A model generated the notes under the pieces. The model saw only the letters and a program-made list of their open reading frames with translations. It made no database searches and was not told the origin of the DNA. DNA of 64,000 nucleotides from Promethearchaeota archaeon (lineage in GTDB: Archaea; Asgardarchaeota; Lokiarchaeia; Sigyniarchaeales; SOKP01), in NCBI GenBank assembly GCA_048938855.1, contig JBHLLT010000004.1, positions 96,001 through 160,000 on the forward strand, written 5' to 3'. Shown here one piece after another: positions 10,782 through 21,078 of the stretch; the first letter of the stretch is position 1; the number at the start of each line of letters is the position of its first letter. Made by a program: the position numbers and the translations under genes.

Positions 10782-11933
10782 TTAAAATGGAAAATTATAT
10801 TTTTCTAAGTTTAATTCTTTTTGTATGGTTTTAATATCTTTTTGCAAGCTTTTATTTAGTGGAATACCATTTTTTTTTCTTTCCATTTCCTTATAGTATT
10901 CTTTTTCTCCAGCAGTGTAAATTCTGTCAGTTTCTGATGCTTTTTTAGAACCTCTTAATTCTCTCATTATATTCCCAGTTATTTTTTTAAACCTTCCCAA
11001 CGGTATAAAGTTCTGTACATTAATTGCTAAGAAGAAATGTCCTACTTTCAGTTTTTTTTGACCATTTTCAGTAATACCAGCTGTATCTTTAAGATAGACT
11101 CCATCCTGTAATGCAGAAGATAAAATTTCAGCAAAAGTAGCGTAACCGTAACCTTTATGCCCTGATGTGTCTTCACCTTTACCACCCAAAGGTAATAATG
11201 CCGCAGAACGATTAACTAATTTATTTAAGACAATGTCAGGATCATTTTTGGAATTTCCATTTGAAGAAATAATCAATCCATCTGGGAGTTGTTTATGTAA
11301 TCTATTATATACCTCAAGTTTCCCTCGTTGTATAATGGATGTTGCACAATCAATTAAAAAAGGAAAATCTTCATCAGTAGGGGCACCATAAGTTAAAGGA
11401 TTTGTGCCTAACATTGGCTCAATTCCAAAAGTAGGGGGTACAGATGGGCGGGTATTTGTAGTAACGAATCCTATCATTCCTTCTTTTATTGCCATTGATG
11501 AATAATATCCAGCTATACCAAAGTGAGTAGAATTTCTAACTGCTACTGCTCCAAGACCATATTTTTTTGCTTTTTCGATTGCCAATCTCATCGCCAAATA
11601 TGCAATAACATGCCCCATTCCGCAACCTCCGTCGAGAACTGCTGTAGTTTTATCATCTCTAATGATTTTTATCTTCGTTTTTGGATTATATATACCTTCC
11701 TTAATCCTATCATAATACATTTTTAATCTTTGAACACCATGTGAGTCAATCCCCTTTAAATCAGAAGAAATAAGAACTTCAGCAATAATTTCAGCGTGTC
11801 CTTCTGGAACATCTAATTTAATAAAAACATCACGAATAAAGCTTTTAAGCGTACTTACATCTATATAAACAGTATCATCTGATGGTGTTAAGTTAGTTTC
11901 CTTTAGGGCATTTTCTACCATTTTCGCAAACAT
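10782..11933 (-). CDS. Ldh_2 family oxidoreductase (malate/L-lactate dehydrogenase type 2), copy 1
   Basis: SHG, RNSTHFG, GTNP, LLPLGG and HKGYG motifs. Confidence 0.92.
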   Translation of the reverse strand: MFAKMVENALKETNLTPSDDTVYIDVSTLKSFIRDVFIKLDVPEGHAEIIAEVLISSDLKGIDSHGVQRLKMYYDRIKEGIYNPKTKIKIIRDDKTTAVLDGGCGMGHVIAYLAMRLAIEKAKKYGLGAVAVRNSTHFGIAGYYSSMAIKEGMIGFVTTNTRPSVPPTFGIEPMLGTNPLTYGAPTDEDFPFLIDCATSIIQRGKLEVYNRLHKQLPDGLIISSNGNSKNDPDIVLNKLVNRSAALLPLGGKGEDTSGHKGYGYATFAEILSSALQDGVYLKDTAGITENGQKKLKVGHFFLAINVQNFIPLGRFKKITGNIMRELRGSKKASETDRIYTAGEKEYYKEMERKKNGIPLNKSLQKDIKTIQKELNLEKYNFPF

Positions 11934-12083
11934 CCAAAAAAAGTAATAGGAATTAATTAGGAAACTTTCTATTTAATTAAAATCCTATTTATTAGAATGT
12001 CAAAGTTCTGATTAACATGTCTAATCGCTAACTATAATATTTATATTTCTTAACTGGTTTATATGTTATAAGTAGAAATATTC

Positions 12084-12230
12084 ATCAAAAGACATGAACC
12101 TTAAAATGTGGCTCCTGTCAACCCCTGGATTTTTGTCTTTTGGTTGTGTAATTACTTACACATAGGAATAACCTACTCTGCCTTTTGTAAATTTTGGGCC
12201 TTATTTTGAGGCTTTCTTGGCAGGAGCCGC
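12084..12230 (+). ncRNA. candidate structured non-coding RNA of unknown family
   Basis: 14-bp closing stem 12108-12121/12217-12230 with two G-U pairs on the + strand, three internal hairpins, and an 11-bp crossing helix 12084-12094/12134-12144; TATA-like TTTATAT at 12058. Confidence 0.5.
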
Positions 12231-12293
12231 CTTTAATAGATTCTAAATGATAAATATGGAAAAATTGAGTTTCTTTTTTATAAAATACTATGA

Positions 12294-13139
12294 TTATAGG
12301 AGTAGAAAATTTTTTAATAAGAATAGATCTAATTTTAAATCTTTTAATAATCTCATATTGTTAAAAAGATATGCATAAATGTTTTCTTCACTAAAATATT
12401 TGAAACAATAGTTTTTACTTTTTGTTTCCTTCAAAATATTTACAATACCAGAAACAAGTGACTTTAGATTTTTAATAACTAAATCTTTATCAGCCTTAAT
12501 TAGATTTATATCGATTAAATTGAACCAAGATTCCTTAGTGAAAGTAATATTCTTAAGTACAGGAGAATTCTTAAAATCTTTTTTAGTAGTAAGTGTATTG
12601 TACATTTCTTCTACTTTATTTAGTATTGTAATTTTTGATTTACTATACATTTTATTCTCAATCACATTCCTTAACATAATTAGAATTTTTTGAAATACTC
12701 CTAATATATCAAAGAAATCCGCCGTTTTTGCTAGGACTTCGACTTCTTCCCATTGATCATGATAATCTTCGATTTCATTAAGAAAAGGAAGAAAAATATT
12801 AATATCTCCATCCCAATTATGTCCTCTTTTCTCCCAAATGGAGTCAAACTGTTTTATAAATGCATTTTTAATTACATTAAGCCTTGCAAGGATGAACTCA
12901 GTTTTAGTATCTTTTGTATCAGCAGCGACAAAGAGTAGTTTATAATTGTCTTCTAATATATAAACCCATCTTAATCCCCCCATTTCTATAGAATCCAGTG
13001 ATTCTTGAAACTCTATCATAGAAAAATGGTAAAAAGCCGTTAAAAATCCAGAAACAATATCTTCATCTGCACTGGTTTTCAAAAATGATTTGTAAAGTAA
13101 TTTTGTTCCTGATTCAGAATCTAATACCCATATATTCAT
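12294..13139 (-). CDS. longin-like domain protein
   Basis: N-terminal IWVLDSESGTKLLYKSF...DIVSGFLTAF...F...LDSIEMG pattern typical of Asgard longin domains. Confidence 0.65.
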   Translation of the reverse strand: MNIWVLDSESGTKLLYKSFLKTSADEDIVSGFLTAFYHFSMIEFQESLDSIEMGGLRWVYILEDNYKLLFVAADTKDTKTEFILARLNVIKNAFIKQFDSIWEKRGHNWDGDINIFLPFLNEIEDYHDQWEEVEVLAKTADFFDILGVFQKILIMLRNVIENKMYSKSKITILNKVEEMYNTLTTKKDFKNSPVLKNITFTKESWFNLIDINLIKADKDLVIKNLKSLVSGIVNILKETKSKNYCFKYFSEENIYAYLFNNMRLLKDLKLDLFLLKNFLLL

Positions 13140-13306
13140 ATCAATAGAAAATAAATTGGCTTCTTTTAGGGAAAATAAAAATCCGAATCTTTTAAATTAT
13201 TTCCCAATAAATTTTAGAAATAATCTTAAGGTTCCAAAACTCGAAAACTTCAAAACTTGTTGCCAATATCTCTAATAATATGTTTTAATTTTGTATCTCC
13301 AATATC

Positions 13307-15025
13307 TTAATCCAAGTAATTACATATAATTTTAATATCTTGTTGGGTAAATTTGGGATTTTTAAGGTATTTTTTCATTAAAATATCTTTAATTTTAGAA
13401 TTATTTGAGTAATTATAGGATTTAGCTAAGAAATATACTTGAGTTTGGATTAAATAAGCTAAAAAGTGAAGAAAAGTGGAATTTATTCTTGTTTCATTAT
13501 TTTTTAAAGCTATTGTTATTTGCTCACGAGTCATTTTGCTATGAGCAATTTTATTTCTAATATTATTAAACCAAAAGAGCTCTCTCTCGAGTTTTAAAGG
13601 GAATTGAAACTTTTTTATTTTAGTTGGCATTCTAATGTCTTTTGAATCACCAATTCTAAACACTTTATCATAAAAATTAGAAAATTGTCTGAAGAAATCA
13701 ACTATGAAATCTCTTTTATTTTCAACTTCATAAAGCTCCACCCAATCTCCAATTCTCATTTTTGGCATTCCAGCCATAATTTCTTCCTTTATTTTTTCTG
13801 GGATATTCTCATCCTCCTGAGAGTCTTTCGAAATTTCATAATTCTTATCTGAATCAAGTAAATCGTATAATTCAGAGATTTCATTAAAAAAATAGGAAAA
13901 TTCTTTAGAGCTATTATTAACTGATTGACTCAACTGTTCTAAATAATCTAAATGAGCTTTTAACCATATTTTATATGCAATCCAATCCTTTTTGGGTAAT
14001 GGTATTTCTGGTTCTGAAATTTTATCTTCAATATCTTCTAATTTCACATCAGATATATTCATGTTCGGGTTATTTGTTACTAAGCCTAGTTTCTTTTCTA
14101 TTGTTTCAATATCTATTTGATCTGATTCAGATAATTTATAGTTTGAGATATTCATCTGATGCCATTCATCGATAAACTCATTTGGAATCCCCTCCTTCCA
14201 ATGATGGTTTCTTAAATAATTATAAAGTTTCTGGGGGTTGTATAATTCATCTAATTCTAAATGAGCAGGATTCACCTTCCTACTTCTGTATTCATGTAAT
14301 AATTGGATGAATTCCTTACCAAGAGCGTGATTTGTTGAAATAAGAACTTCATATTCCCTTGAAAAATCTTTTAAATTCTTACGAGGTTCAAATTTTATTT
14401 CAGAAATTTCTGGAATATTGATATCATAATAACGACTTGTGAAATCTAAGATTGAATTCCAGTATCTTTTATCATATTCCTTAAGGATATCATATAAATT
14501 ATCTAAAGTATTTGACTGATTTAGTTCTTTGAAGATCCGAGTTGCTACTATCTTGATCTTTTGAATATTTTCTTGTAATATAATCTCATCTTGAGAACTG
14601 GAAATAAGTAAATTTTCAAATTCTAACTCATCATCAGTAAGGTTGTAGTTTAAAAACTGATTATTTTTTTTATTGTAGAAAATGAATTTGCTTCCATTTG
14701 CTAAATTACTTATATTCTCATTTGAATTGATGACACATCGAATTCCATCCAATTCCATAATCTCTTTCACTTTTTCTTTATCAACATTATAAATAAAATA
14801 AAGTGTTGGAGTCTGTGAATATGAGTTAGTGCTTTCAAATTCTAAAATCTCTTTAAGATTGTGAAGAGCTGTGGTTTCAAGATCAATTACATTATATCCA
14901 ACAGTAAATTTTTCTAAGGCATGTAAATGTTTTAAGTCAACATAGGGGAAAATCACTAAATTCTTCTGCTGAAAAAAAATTATATTGAGAAATTCTGGTT
15001 TTATAAAATCTGAGCCTGTATCCAT
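13307..15025 (-). CDS. hypothetical protein with C-terminal HEPN-like RxxxxH motif
   Basis: 572 aa ORF; NNIRNKIAH in a helical C-terminal region; directly follows the GTPase gene. Confidence 0.55.
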   Translation of the reverse strand: MDTGSDFIKPEFLNIIFFQQKNLVIFPYVDLKHLHALEKFTVGYNVIDLETTALHNLKEILEFESTNSYSQTPTLYFIYNVDKEKVKEIMELDGIRCVINSNENISNLANGSKFIFYNKKNNQFLNYNLTDDELEFENLLISSSQDEIILQENIQKIKIVATRIFKELNQSNTLDNLYDILKEYDKRYWNSILDFTSRYYDINIPEISEIKFEPRKNLKDFSREYEVLISTNHALGKEFIQLLHEYRSRKVNPAHLELDELYNPQKLYNYLRNHHWKEGIPNEFIDEWHQMNISNYKLSESDQIDIETIEKKLGLVTNNPNMNISDVKLEDIEDKISEPEIPLPKKDWIAYKIWLKAHLDYLEQLSQSVNNSSKEFSYFFNEISELYDLLDSDKNYEISKDSQEDENIPEKIKEEIMAGMPKMRIGDWVELYEVENKRDFIVDFFRQFSNFYDKVFRIGDSKDIRMPTKIKKFQFPLKLERELFWFNNIRNKIAHSKMTREQITIALKNNETRINSTFLHFLAYLIQTQVYFLAKSYNYSNNSKIKDILMKKYLKNPKFTQQDIKIICNYLD

Positions 15026-15060
15026 GAGATCTCCTCAATTTTTAAGAATTTATAATGAAC

Positions 15061-15732
15061 TTATTCTTTAAAGTAATTAAAAATAATTTGAACTATTAAA
15101 TCCTTAAAACACTCTATTACATTTTTACCTTTTAGGGCTTCTGCGGGGTATACAACTAGTGTTCCATCGGGATATGATTCTTGAAGCGGTAACCCCAAAT
15201 GAAGTTTAAAGTTTTTAACAGGAAGAGCATTTTCTAAATCACGTTTATTCAGTTGAATTAGATAGGGTATCTTTTTAGGTTTGGCGAAACTAACCAATTC
15301 TCGAAAGCTTCTTTTATTTTGCTCTATCTTTTCAGGATCTGAATCTCCTATGAATATTATACCATCAGCACCATCTAAAACGTATTCACGTGTAGATAGG
15401 AATCTTTCTTGTCCTGTACAAGTCACTACATGACAAATAATATTGAATTTAATATCGTATAAAGTGAATTTAAATAATAAATAGAGAGAGTCTTCCCATA
15501 AAGTTCTTCCTTCAGTAGTTTCTATTGAATAGCCACGAGTTAATTTGATCAAATCGAATTTTTCACGTAATCTAAAGAAATTTGTAGTCTTTCCACTTTC
15601 TCCTGGCCCCCAATATACGATTTTGAATTGAATCATATTTTCTGAATCATTAAAATCAAAATCTTCACTTACTTCTACTTTTACTTTTCCTAAATTTCTG
15701 TGCTCTAATTCCATACGATCACCTGAGCTCAT
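15061..15732 (-). CDS. MglA-like small GTPase
   Basis: KIVYWGPGESGKTTN (G1), GRTL (G2), TCTGQ (G3), LDGADGIIF and NKRD (G4). Confidence 0.88.
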   Translation of the reverse strand: MSSGDRMELEHRNLGKVKVEVSEDFDFNDSENMIQFKIVYWGPGESGKTTNFFRLREKFDLIKLTRGYSIETTEGRTLWEDSLYLLFKFTLYDIKFNIICHVVTCTGQERFLSTREYVLDGADGIIFIGDSDPEKIEQNKRSFRELVSFAKPKKIPYLIQLNKRDLENALPVKNFKLHLGLPLQESYPDGTLVVYPAEALKGKNVIECFKDLIVQIIFNYFKE

Positions 15733-15737
15733 GAATA

Positions 15738-16289
15738 TTAGGAAATTGTGCCAATCTTATCTTTGAATATCTGTTTTTTCAATTCCTTGATATGTTCTTT
15801 GATATCTTTTTCTGGCATCTTTAAGACATTCTTCATATGTTCATTTTTCTCAATTTCTTCTTTAATAGCCTGGGCAAATTTACTCATCTGTAGGATCATA
15901 ACACCTAGATTTACTTCATTATCAGTTAGAAGCACAATAAGAATATCTCGTTTACCTTTTTTCTGAAGTTCTATATTTCCAATGGACTTTACAAATAATC
16001 TCATATCGCTATAAATTATTGTAGCACGTTCTAATGCTTCAGTTTCAAAGAAATCCTGTCCTTGCCGTGCGACTCCATATAAGGCGGCACCTATAGAACT
16101 TAAATCCCAATAGTTAAGTTTTCGATCGAATCTTGAGTCGATTGCGATAATTTTTGCATCCTGATCAATGGCTATTAGTCCATAGATGTACCCTTTTCGA
16201 GTTAATTTACCATAATTATATCTAATATCGTCCAACACTTCAGTTATTTTATTTTGGTATAATACCTTGGGTATATGAGTTAATGTCAT
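15738..16289 (-). CDS. roadblock/MglB-like protein
   Basis: GLIAIDQDAKIIA...LSSIGAALYG...ILIVLLTDNEVNLG roadblock pattern; adjacent to the MglA-like gene; start moved to MTLTH because the longer ORF runs through the promoter. Confidence 0.7.
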   Translation of the reverse strand: MTLTHIPKVLYQNKITEVLDDIRYNYGKLTRKGYIYGLIAIDQDAKIIAIDSRFDRKLNYWDLSSIGAALYGVARQGQDFFETEALERATIIYSDMRLFVKSIGNIELQKKGKRDILIVLLTDNEVNLGVMILQMSKFAQAIKEEIEKNEHMKNVLKMPEKDIKEHIKELKKQIFKDKIGTIS

Positions 16290-16338
16290 ATTTTTTCTTT
16301 TAAATTGTAATTTTGTTTGAAGAAGATAATAAAAGGTA

Positions 16339-16354
16339 TATTTAAAGAAAAAAA
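16339..16354 (-). promoter_or_regulatory. block-specific promoter TTTTTTTC-TTTAAATA
   Basis: Exact motif about 50 nt upstream of the roadblock start. Confidence 0.7.
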
Positions 16355-16419
16355 TAAGATAACCAACCAAAAAATATAGGATTTACAGATTTTATTTTGA
16401 ATTTCTTTTTTTCAGATAA

Positions 16420-17712
16420 CTAAGAATCTCCATTATGCTCTGATTCAATATTGAGATCATACCCGCAATTAGAGCAAAACTTTTGGGTACCTCGAAAGAA
16501 TTGTTTTCCACAATTTGGACAAACTCCTATATTTTGAGAATATAGATGAGGTGTAAATAAAGGAATACTCTGTGAATTGTAAAATGTAGTCTCCTGTTCA
16601 ATTGGTTTTGCTACTTCTAATTTACGACGAGATCTTCTTGATGCTATTATAATACTAAGAACTATTACTGTAAGTCCAACAACAGCTATGATAACAATAA
16701 TGATAGTAATATCTAAACCCCCAGGATTACTAGGAGGTGTATCTGCTCCTAACCATATATTTAATTGATCAAATTTGTCCTGATTTAATCGTGTCCCAAA
16801 ATTAGCATCCGTTCCATTTTCATATTCATAGGCATTAATTGTCAAAATATAATAGCTTCCATTCACTTCTTCCCATACTGGACTCCCACTTTGTCCTCCA
16901 GCAGTATCCATCCAATACCAATGATTAAAATTATCAGCACGGTCACCCACGTTTGAATTATAATACATATATTCCCCATTATCTAAATCTCCCGGATATC
17001 CTGCAGTATAGAGAGTTCCTGTATAGATAGGATCTGTTGGTAACGCAGTTTTTCTTCCCATCCATCCTGTTTGATTGCCAATAGTGCGATCAAGAGTGAT
17101 TAATGCCCAATCATGTTGGGGTGCTGCACTTTGAATCCATTCATTATATGTTCGGTAATTTGTAGCGAAGGCAATTCCGAATGGTCTTGCTGGACCTGCT
17201 TTCCCGGGAATTACTCTCACTTGGCTAACCCACCCTCCATGATCATGTATATATACACAATGTCCACATGTTAAAACGTGATATGAATCTACAATCATTC
17301 CAGAACCTATAAACAATGATTGATCTTCAGCAGTTATTTCTAACTTACAAATTGAACTCCATGGATAAGAAGAAGTGTCAGTTATTCTCACCCTACCATC
17401 AGGAGGAAAAACATACGACATTTGAAGCCCTTCATTTTCAAATGTATTGTCGTGATTAGTATGATCACCTAAATATGGGGGAATAGTATTCTGAAAAGAA
17501 TCCTCATCACGAGTGTTAGTGAAATATTGTATTTCTTCTGAATGTGTGAGAACATTGTACCCAACTGTAGAACTAATATTATCTAAAGAAAAACTGGGGG
17601 AAATTGTGTTGTTTTGAGCGAAATTAGTGTGATCCATATTAGTTAACGTAAAAATAAAAGGACTAGCAAGGAAGAATCCAATTAATATACAAATTGAGTT
17701 ATATCTTTGCAA
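16420..17712 (-). CDS. membrane-anchored trypsin-like (glutamyl endopeptidase type) serine protease with C-terminal zinc ribbon
   Basis: Signal peptide, LTCGHC, HDWAL, GGQSGSP, TM helix, CPNC...CSNC. Confidence 0.88.
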   Translation of the reverse strand: MQRYNSICILIGFFLASPFIFTLTNMDHTNFAQNNTISPSFSLDNISSTVGYNVLTHSEEIQYFTNTRDEDSFQNTIPPYLGDHTNHDNTFENEGLQMSYVFPPDGRVRITDTSSYPWSSICKLEITAEDQSLFIGSGMIVDSYHVLTCGHCVYIHDHGGWVSQVRVIPGKAGPARPFGIAFATNYRTYNEWIQSAAPQHDWALITLDRTIGNQTGWMGRKTALPTDPIYTGTLYTAGYPGDLDNGEYMYYNSNVGDRADNFNHWYWMDTAGGQSGSPVWEEVNGSYYILTINAYEYENGTDANFGTRLNQDKFDQLNIWLGADTPPSNPGGLDITIIIVIIAVVGLTVIVLSIIIASRRSRRKLEVAKPIEQETTFYNSQSIPLFTPHLYSQNIGVCPNCGKQFFRGTQKFCSNCGYDLNIESEHNGDS

Positions 17713-17781
17713 GAAATAAATACCTTTTTTACTCTTACATTTAGAAATTAGAATTTATTTATAAAACTAGTAGTTATAAAT

Positions 17782-18729
17782 TTAAAGAAATTGGATGTCA
17801 GATTTTTTTGTAAAATTTAACTCTTTTTCATTTGAATATGCATTTTCTTTAATAAGGACATTTGAAAGTTTAACAGTAGCCCCCTCAGTTATTAATTTCA
17901 AACATTCGACAGCTCGAATTCCCCAGACATTTACTTTAATCGATGCTGACTCATCCGAAAGTATCAGTTTTAACAAAAAAGATTTATCACCATTCTTAAG
18001 TGTTAATTCCTTGAAAAAATCAACCTGTATTTCTCCAGTTATAAATCTTATAAATCCATCCTTTTCAAAAAGGTTTTGAATTGTCCATTTAGATTTCTTT
18101 TTTGAATTCTCTTTTAAAATCTCACTTGAATGTTCTGAAGGTTGATATTTTGCGTTTTTTGAATTTACAATTTCAGGGAGTTTAACATTTTCAGGCGCTA
18201 AAATAATATTACTTTGCCTTCCCAAATGGACTTCTAACTTCCCATCTCTTCCCTTATTTGAATATCCTCCAATTATTTGAATTATTTCTCCCTTCTTAAA
18301 AAGTTCATTTTCCAATATCTCCACATTCTCATTCCATAATACAACCTTAATACAATCAGAATTATCACAGATTTTAAATGAACCAACGCGCCCTGAAGTA
18401 CCATCTTTTTTAATAAAAGCACCAACTTGGAATACTGTTTCGACCATTCCAACAATTACAATATTTCTCATATTTTCCACAATCGAGGAGATAGTTATAG
18501 CAAAATCATTATAGTCTATGATTTCTTCAGTAATATGGTTTAAAATCTCCTTATTCTCTATGGAATCTATATTGACCCCCTGCTCCTTAGCAATTAAATA
18601 TAAAATTGCTGGTTTCGTCATGAATCCTTGAAATTCAGCCTCTTTCTCTGTTATATTTTCATTAATTTCTTGTTCACTTATCCCTGCATCCAATAGTGCC
18701 TGATAAATCTCTTCAGCTCTTTCGACCAT
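17782..18729 (-). CDS. RPA/SSB-like protein with two OB folds
   Basis: DNSDCIKVVLWNE and DESASIKVNVWG OB-fold motifs; archaeal RPA-type N-terminus. Confidence 0.85.
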   Translation of the reverse strand: MVERAEEIYQALLDAGISEQEINENITEKEAEFQGFMTKPAILYLIAKEQGVNIDSIENKEILNHITEEIIDYNDFAITISSIVENMRNIVIVGMVETVFQVGAFIKKDGTSGRVGSFKICDNSDCIKVVLWNENVEILENELFKKGEIIQIIGGYSNKGRDGKLEVHLGRQSNIILAPENVKLPEIVNSKNAKYQPSEHSSEILKENSKKKSKWTIQNLFEKDGFIRFITGEIQVDFFKELTLKNGDKSFLLKLILSDESASIKVNVWGIRAVECLKLITEGATVKLSNVLIKENAYSNEKELNFTKKSDIQFL

Positions 18730-18749
18730 ATTTTTTCATACTCTTAATA

Positions 18750-18989
18750 TTATTCATAAATATATGGAAAATTTCTTTGCCTATTATTAACTTCAAAAGA
18801 AGAATTAAGATTTAGACTTAAAACTCTTGTAATTTCTTCATTGGAATTAACACAACAATTCCAATTATTCACGCTTCTATCATTATTAAGAACTATTCCA
18901 CATTTATTGGAATGGTGTAGACAGACATTAAATCCTCTTCTTCTGCTTGAAGTAATTTCTTCTAATGAAATTTTATTCATTTCTTCCAA
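18750..18989 (-). CDS. small hypothetical protein
   Basis: 79 aa ORF between the block promoter motif and the RPA gene. Confidence 0.45.
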   Translation of the reverse strand: MEEMNKISLEEITSSRRRGFNVCLHHSNKCGIVLNNDRSVNNWNCCVNSNEEITRVLSLNLNSSFEVNNRQRNFPYIYE

Positions 18990-19031
18990 ATGATTATTTA
19001 ATTTTCTTTAGATAGAAGTTAATAGGGATTA

Positions 19032-19047
19032 TATTTAAAGAAAAAAA
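19032..19047 (-). promoter_or_regulatory. block-specific promoter TTTTTTTC-TTTAAATA
   Basis: Exact motif upstream of the 18989 ORF and RPA gene. Confidence 0.7.
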
Positions 19048-19073
19048 TGGAAAAATGAATTAGAACTCTAATT

Positions 19074-19694
19074 TTACTTATTATTTAATTTTTTAATGTA
19101 ATTTGCTGTTAGTCCTATTTTATTTCGGGTTCTGTGAAAAGCATATGCAGAGCAATTACAGAAAACCCTTAAATTAGATTGAATTATTTTATAATGAGCT
19201 TGGGCTAGCTCGTTGTCGAGAAGATCAGTTATGAAAATCACTACAGCAACCTGAGTCATGATCTGTGGTCTAAAACATAATTGACTTAATTTAATCTCTA
19301 ATCTTTTCGCATTTTCCCTTGCTCTTTTATAATCAAATACAGGAGCTAATCGATGAAGTTTATGCAAATATACTCGAACTTTATGAGTTTGATGCCGAGA
19401 ACAGAACAATTTTGCATTTATTCTGAAAAATCTCTTAATTCTAATCAAATCAATTAAAAAGCCTGAAATCATTCTATGAACTATTATTTTTGGGACATTA
19501 GTGGCTTCACTTATCTGATTATATTCAGAATCAGTAAGGGCTCGGACCTTTTCATTATTAGGAGCAAATGTAATGTTGCGAAATAAATAATTTAGTACTA
19601 CTTGACGAGAAGCACTTGAATTTTTAAAAAACTTTACATAATACTCATTTATATCATCTGCTTTAATAATTGGTTGTTTCAGAGTCTGACTCAT
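19074..19694 (-). CDS. hypothetical protein with possible TFB/cyclin-like C-terminal repeat
   Basis: PQIMTQVAVVIFI...IIQSNLRVFCNCSAYAFHRTRNKI has cyclin-repeat HTH-like spacing. Confidence 0.45.
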   Translation of the reverse strand: MSQTLKQPIIKADDINEYYVKFFKNSSASRQVVLNYLFRNITFAPNNEKVRALTDSEYNQISEATNVPKIIVHRMISGFLIDLIRIKRFFRINAKLFCSRHQTHKVRVYLHKLHRLAPVFDYKRARENAKRLEIKLSQLCFRPQIMTQVAVVIFITDLLDNELAQAHYKIIQSNLRVFCNCSAYAFHRTRNKIGLTANYIKKLNNK

Positions 19695-19801
19695 GATTTC
19701 CTCACTACAGCAACTAAATATTAAGTTATCATATTAATGAGTCTATTTAAACAAAAAATAGGCTTTAACTTTCACGAGAATTCATATTTAAAAAAAAAAA
19801 A

Positions 19802-20896
19802 TTATAAAAGATTATCCAAAGTAATTTGGCGTTTTTTTGATTGTTGCTTTTGTTGGAAAAAATGATCTCTACATATCTCGTAATTTTTTTTTAATTTATC
19901 AAGATTTTTTTCCAGACGTTCCTTATTTAAATAGTGTTCTTCACACAATAAAGTGAATATTCTTGATTCATTGGGGGGATTCCACAACAAATTATCGATT
20001 TTTTCATTTACATCTGGGAATAAAAAAATTTTTCTCACTTCTTTAATAATGCTTGGATTTAGTCTACTAAAATCATACTTGTTATACTCTTTTAGAATAA
20101 CAGACTCTAGAGATTTGTACTTTCTAATTAGAGTTAATGCTTTCTTTGGACCAACTCCAGATACACCTACATTATAATCCGTACCGATAAGTATCCCGAT
20201 ATCAACTAATTGAAACAGTGAAATTCCCAAATTTGATAAATTTTTCTGCAAATCTATTATAGCAGGTTTTATCTTTTGATATTGCCATTTGCCTTGTACT
20301 TTTCTTTGCAATGATTTCGAAAGATTTTGGATTATATATGGACACCCTAATAATATAGAATCATAATCTTGTGAGTTAGAATAATGGGCAAACCCTTTCT
20401 TAACCAAATGAGTACACTGAGACTCTGCTGATGCCGGTGATTCTATGTAAGGAACACCTAATGCCCCAAGAAGTTGTTTAGATTCTCTTATAATATTTTT
20501 CCACATATATTCCCCGCTGAGTGCAATTTCTCTTGCTAAACCTTTATTATTCTCTCTAATTGCCTTTTCATACCATTTTTGAGTGAAAAGGAAGTCTTTT
20601 AATTGATCTTTTGTTATTAATTTTTTAAGAATTGAGACTTTTCCATCAAAACAGAAAATAGGAAAAATATTTTTTGAATAGTAAAAATTTACTCGATATA
20701 AAAGACCATATAGATGAGATATCGGTCTCTGTGTTCGATCTAATATAAGTTTTGTGTTAGAATTACCTGGATTCTTTAACGTGAAGTTAAATAATCCCAT
20801 TATTATATTTGGAGCATCAACTGCTATAATTTTCCCTCTTAAATCTTGAATATCAATTATCTTTGAGACAATTAAATTTTGTATTTTAACTCCCAT
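19802..20896 (-). CDS. flap endonuclease-1 (FEN1/XPG family) homolog
   Basis: MGV N-terminus, AVDA, FDG, AESQC, SQDYDS, GTDYN.GVSGVGPKKA, C-terminal PIP-like QITLDNLL. Confidence 0.92.
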   Translation of the reverse strand: MGVKIQNLIVSKIIDIQDLRGKIIAVDAPNIIMGLFNFTLKNPGNSNTKLILDRTQRPISHLYGLLYRVNFYYSKNIFPIFCFDGKVSILKKLITKDQLKDFLFTQKWYEKAIRENNKGLAREIALSGEYMWKNIIRESKQLLGALGVPYIESPASAESQCTHLVKKGFAHYSNSQDYDSILLGCPYIIQNLSKSLQRKVQGKWQYQKIKPAIIDLQKNLSNLGISLFQLVDIGILIGTDYNVGVSGVGPKKALTLIRKYKSLESVILKEYNKYDFSRLNPSIIKEVRKIFLFPDVNEKIDNLLWNPPNESRIFTLLCEEHYLNKERLEKNLDKLKKNYEICRDHFFQQKQQSKKRQITLDNLL

Positions 20897-21078
20897 GTCT
20901 TATTATCAACAAAATAATTTAATAAAAAGAAAAAATGAAATTAATTTTTGTAGATCCAAAATGAAATTCACTTGTACTGTTTTTAGAGATATAATTTAAT
21001 TTAAGGTGAATGACACAAATCAAATGACGGTATTTCAGCAGAAGATTAACTTTTGAGAAAGAGGTTAGAATTAGTTGC

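Noticed and set aside
12108-12230. The structured RNA as tRNA-Sec or 5S rRNA
   Set aside because: No T-loop, D-loop or UCA anticodon arm, and no 5S conserved motifs on either strand
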